Source: Lingula anatina (taxonomy: Eukaryota > Animalia > Brachiopoda). Taken from it: a DNA stretch of 64,000 nucleotides. Below the pieces are notes generated by a model, which saw only the letters and a program-made list of their open reading frames with translations, was not told the DNA's origin and ran no database searches. Position 1 is the first letter of the stretch. The number at the start of each line of letters is the position of its first letter. Location of the stretch: positions 13,676,644 through 13,740,643 of the forward strand of contig CM120643.1 of NCBI GenBank assembly GCA_051362555.1, read 5' to 3'. Positions 60,551 through 64,000 of this stretch are shown here, in pieces. The position numbers and the translations under genes were made by a program.

Positions 60551-62435
60551 AAAGTACGGACGCTGTTGTCCCTCTCTCAGCGCAGGGCAAGGAAAGACCG
60601 TACCCGCGTTTATAACCCAGCCGGACTTAAAGGCTGACGACTACTTGGTTACGGCATGGTACTTACTCTACTTCTATGGTTACTGTAAATGCTAATCGCC
60701 GATCGCCTCTATTTTCATTCACTCCCGTTTCTACCCAAAAAATAAATTGTCAGCGTTAGAATCGTTTACCTACAGTTTCTGGTTGCCAGAATCATTTTTG
60801 AAAAACAAAACTGGTTTCTAGTTGCCAGGCACGTTAAAAAAAAAAAAATCGACACTAGTTTCTAGTTGCCAGAATCGTGATTTTACAAATAAAATAGATT
60901 CAAACTTAGGACGCCCTACGGTAAAGCGAGACACCAAGGGGCCGAAAATCTTTCCTCCGACCTGGTTTATTTTATCGAAGACAACGATCAGCGGTCATCA
61001 GGGCCTTGCGACGAACAGACAACTTCCGGTCCAAAATTTCGAAACAGTACAAAATTTCATAAAATTCGAACGTCTGGAATTTCTGAGCACCTCCCATTGC
61101 ATGAATTTCGACCAAAAATAATTATTAATTTCATCTGTACGAAATTGATGACACATTACCGTATTGATGACACATTACCGTATTATTCACCTAGTACACG
61201 GTCCCTTCCATTTTTATCAATAACAATTATTGCTGTATTCTTCAGAGATATACATCTAAGTAACTTAAAGGTATAGTAAAGCAATATAAACAATAACAAA
61301 AGTATCCTTACCCTTAAAACCTTCATAATCCAGTCTAAATGTTTGCATTCACAAGGAGAACACATTCAAAAAACATCATTTTCAAATATTGGCTCATGTC
61401 TGTACAATCATATACATCAAATATCCATGTATCCTAAATCAATAATTTACAATATCATTAACCATTAAAAAACAATAATCTGGCAAGAAAATAAACAATC
61501 TTTATAACATATTAACATTACGCTTATTCACTGATATTATGTTACATTGCACAATGTGAATGAGCACCATAATTGAGCACAGTAGCCATTTCTTTAACCT
61601 TCATCTACTCATACTAGAAAAATGAAATTAGGGTGTCAAATTGAATGAGAATAGGTATAGACAATATCATGCAATTAGTTATCTCCCCCCCCCCCCAACA
61701 TAAAAACATTTTAGTGATATATTTATAACAATTAAGTTTCTTTTCTCTTTTTGGCATCACTATTTGAGTGATACATATGAGAGAAGCTGCCTAATACTAT
61801 CTTTTCCCATGCAGTGGCCATCCCATTCTTTTACAGTGATAAGTTCAGCAGTTACTAATACAGCCCAGGGGCCTGTGTCACAAAATGACTTATGTCAATG
61901 CCAGGCAAAGACAAAATTCATAGTTGCCTTTCACAAAGAATCTCAAAAGTCCCCTTTTCTTTTGTCTTTTTTAACTAATATGCTAAAGCTATTGATAACA
62001 AGTGTCACTCTCAGCAATGCCAATAGCCTTCATGTATGTACAGTGTAGGTATGTCAAACCACATTAATTTCAGGACAATCATCTGTAAAATACTCTCTGA
62101 AAGATATTGCAAAGTTGACCTAACACAGTGGTCCACACAATTTTTACCGGTGTAACACTATCCCATAACAATTGTTTTTTTTATGAAACAGAGTCCTGTT
62201 CTGTCTTCTTTTGTTCTTCACTCATGAAATAACTTATTTCTAAAAATCTAATGACAACTTGAGAGAATATCTATCAAAGCCTATTTTCATTCCTTCCAAA
62301 CGATATGCCATGCCTGCTACTGCATCTCAAGTTGGGAAACTTCGCTCAAACTCTCTTCTCATCTTCATCATCTTCTTTGCGAAATTATCCCGCCCATAAA
62401 AAAACTCTTCTCAACAGCTTTTATATACTCCATTA

Positions 62436-62524
62436 TTATTTAGGTCTCCAAACTAGCACTTTCCTGTCCTCTCCCCCAGAAACAACTTGACCGTCTTCAC
62501 TGATGTCCACACATGTCACTGCAC
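62436..62524 (-). CDS. NSMAF: Last coding exon of a FAN/NSMAF-like WD40 protein
   Basis: (G)AVTCVDISEDGQVVSGGEDRKVLVWRPK*; acceptor ttttctgttttttag; resembles the FAN C-terminus (HTGAVTC...GGEDRQIIFW) as I recall it. Confidence 0.8.
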
Positions 62525-62664
62525 CTAAAAAACAGAAAATGGTGTGATGACTTTGATTACATTTTAGGGATGGATGGATGGAAAGATAAAAAATGAACAG
62601 AAATGAAGATAATTGCATAAAATTACTTCCCATATTGTTATTCCTAGTTTATATGTTTACATGC

Positions 62665-62930
62665 GTGAACCTGGTCCCACTTATTTTTTATATACACTTC
62701 GTTAGTCTATATATTTACCTTCATGAACCTTGTCCCACTTATTTATCAAATACACTTAATTAGTCTATATATTTACCTTCATGAACCTTGTCCCACTTAT
62801 TTATCAAATACACTTAATTAGTCTATATATTTACCTTCATGAACCTTGTCCCACTTATTTATCAAATACACTTAATTAGTCTATATATTTACCTTCATGA
62901 ACCTTGTCCCACTTATTTATCAAATACACT
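62665..62930. repeat. 58-bp tandem repeat (~4.5 copies) spanning an exon end and splice donor
   Basis: ttagtctatatatttaccttcatgaaccttgtcccacttatttatcaaatacacttaa at 62702, 62760, 62818 and (partial) 62876. Confidence 0.95.
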
Positions 62931-63005
62931 TTGTTCATGTCCCATAAACTCAGTGTCCCCATTTCATCTCCCATTAAAAGAATACTGCCATTCCAACACA
63001 AGCAC
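62893..63005 (-). CDS. NSMAF: Internal exon of the FAN/NSMAF-like gene
   Basis: cag|...CLCWNGSILLMGDEMGTLSLWDMNKVYLINKWDKVHE|gtaaat; phases match both neighbouring exons. Confidence 0.8.
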
Positions 63006-63370
63006 CTGTAAAACAGGTCAATGAATTTCTTTTAAAAAACTGTCAGAATGCCTGACATTATTTTTATATCATAATGTTGCCATATCTTCAAAATAGTGTT
63101 GCCATATCTTCAAAATAAAATGACAATGTTTTGAAAATAATTTTCACTCATTTTCAAAAGTGATGTTGACATATAAACATTTTGCTCAAACATCTGCATT
63201 AGTACATAAGCTGCTATTTAGTAAGTATTTTACCAGGTAGCCTTCATTATCTGAAAAAATGACATAATACAAAATAGATATTCTCCAGTCTCTTAAACAC
63301 TGTAACCAATTCAGGTTGGAAAAAAAATGATGACAAATAGCTAAGAAATACTCCCAGGTGGACTTAATAC

Positions 63371-63473
63371 CTTATTTTGCTGTCCATGTGCATAGAGAAT
63401 ATACTGGTCCCTGTCTGAACATCCAGAATATTGAGAAAGTTGTCATCTCCGCAGGATATCACTCTTAAACCAT
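63371..63473 (-). CDS. NSMAF: Internal exon of the FAN/NSMAF-like gene
   Basis: cag|DGLRVISCGDDNFLNILDVQTGTSIFSMHMDSKIR|gtatta; the DVQTG motif matches my recollection of FAN. Confidence 0.8.
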
Positions 63474-63955
63474 CTGGAACACATAAAATATTAATTATGA
63501 CAACTTCTTTGCATTACTGGGAAACAATGCACAAGTACAGTGCCAACATTTCTTGAATCATCAATAGTCACTGACAAGTGGTTGTATTAACAAGTAAAAG
63601 CTGTTCAGTGACCTTCAATGTAGAAAATTAAGCATGAAACATTCACTGGGAAAAGAAAAAAGTGACTCTTGTGGAAGAACATAAAATTTTGAAAACATGG
63701 TATAATAAGTTTCAGTAAGTTAAATTAACAAAATTGCCAAACCATAAGACACAAAAGTATTACACAAAATGGTTAAATTTAAATGTAAAGGTGAATGGGT
63801 GAGAATGACAAAATTAAAAACCATAGGTGTTTTATAACATTCTTATATGAAATGGCTATTTAATTATTAAATTCACAACATCAAGTCACATAATCCTTAG
63901 AAACTTCTTACATGCGACCATGGTAACAATGTGAAATTAGAAATGGCCATCCTAC

Positions 63956-64000
63956 CAGAGCTGAACTGTGCTGTCCCTACTGCCCCCGTGTGGACTTGGT
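63956..64000 (-). CDS. NSMAF: Partial exon of the FAN/NSMAF-like gene (cut by the window edge)
   Basis: QVHTGAVGTAQFSS|gtagga, in phase with the next exon. Confidence 0.72.

Noticed and set aside
43921-61183. Small two-copy tandem duplications (43921-43970, ~47130-47195, 61144-61183)
   Set aside because: Ordinary slippage duplications with no further structure

Overview
AT-rich metazoan genomic DNA, probably a marine invertebrate (spliceosomal introns, microsatellites, MITEs). The backbone is a cluster of TRPV-like channel genes with single-exon coding regions: four intact paralogs, plus a fifth copy interrupted by a Rex1/Babar-type LINE at the left edge. The left three lie in a ~6.5-kb tandem duplication. 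The last four exons of a FAN/NSMAF-like WD40 gene lie at the right edge. The stand-out object is a 25.7-kb insertion (17811-43552) built almost entirely from one 2,573-bp unit: 8 full copies plus 7 partial or inverted pieces, nearly identical. On one strand the unit carries four things: (i) a 209-aa basic/helical ORF with no RT or nuclease motifs; (ii) a perfect replication-dependent histone mRNA 3' stem-loop 37 nt after the stop codon, with a candidate downstream element; (iii) about 14 hairpins with a conserved C-GARAN loop on covarying stems; (iv) a minimal type I hammerhead ribozyme. Nearly every run shares one fixed 3' end (...CCCACCACCCCCAACAC), continues head-to-tail through an identical seam for up to 4.4 units and is variably 5'-truncated. 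One piece starts at the predicted ribozyme cleavage site. My inference is a non-autonomous, protein-coding Penelope-like/retrozyme-like element, copied by internally primed, probably rolling-circle reverse transcription, whose mRNA may use the histone (SLBP/U7) pathway. All calls were made by eye and no searches were run.
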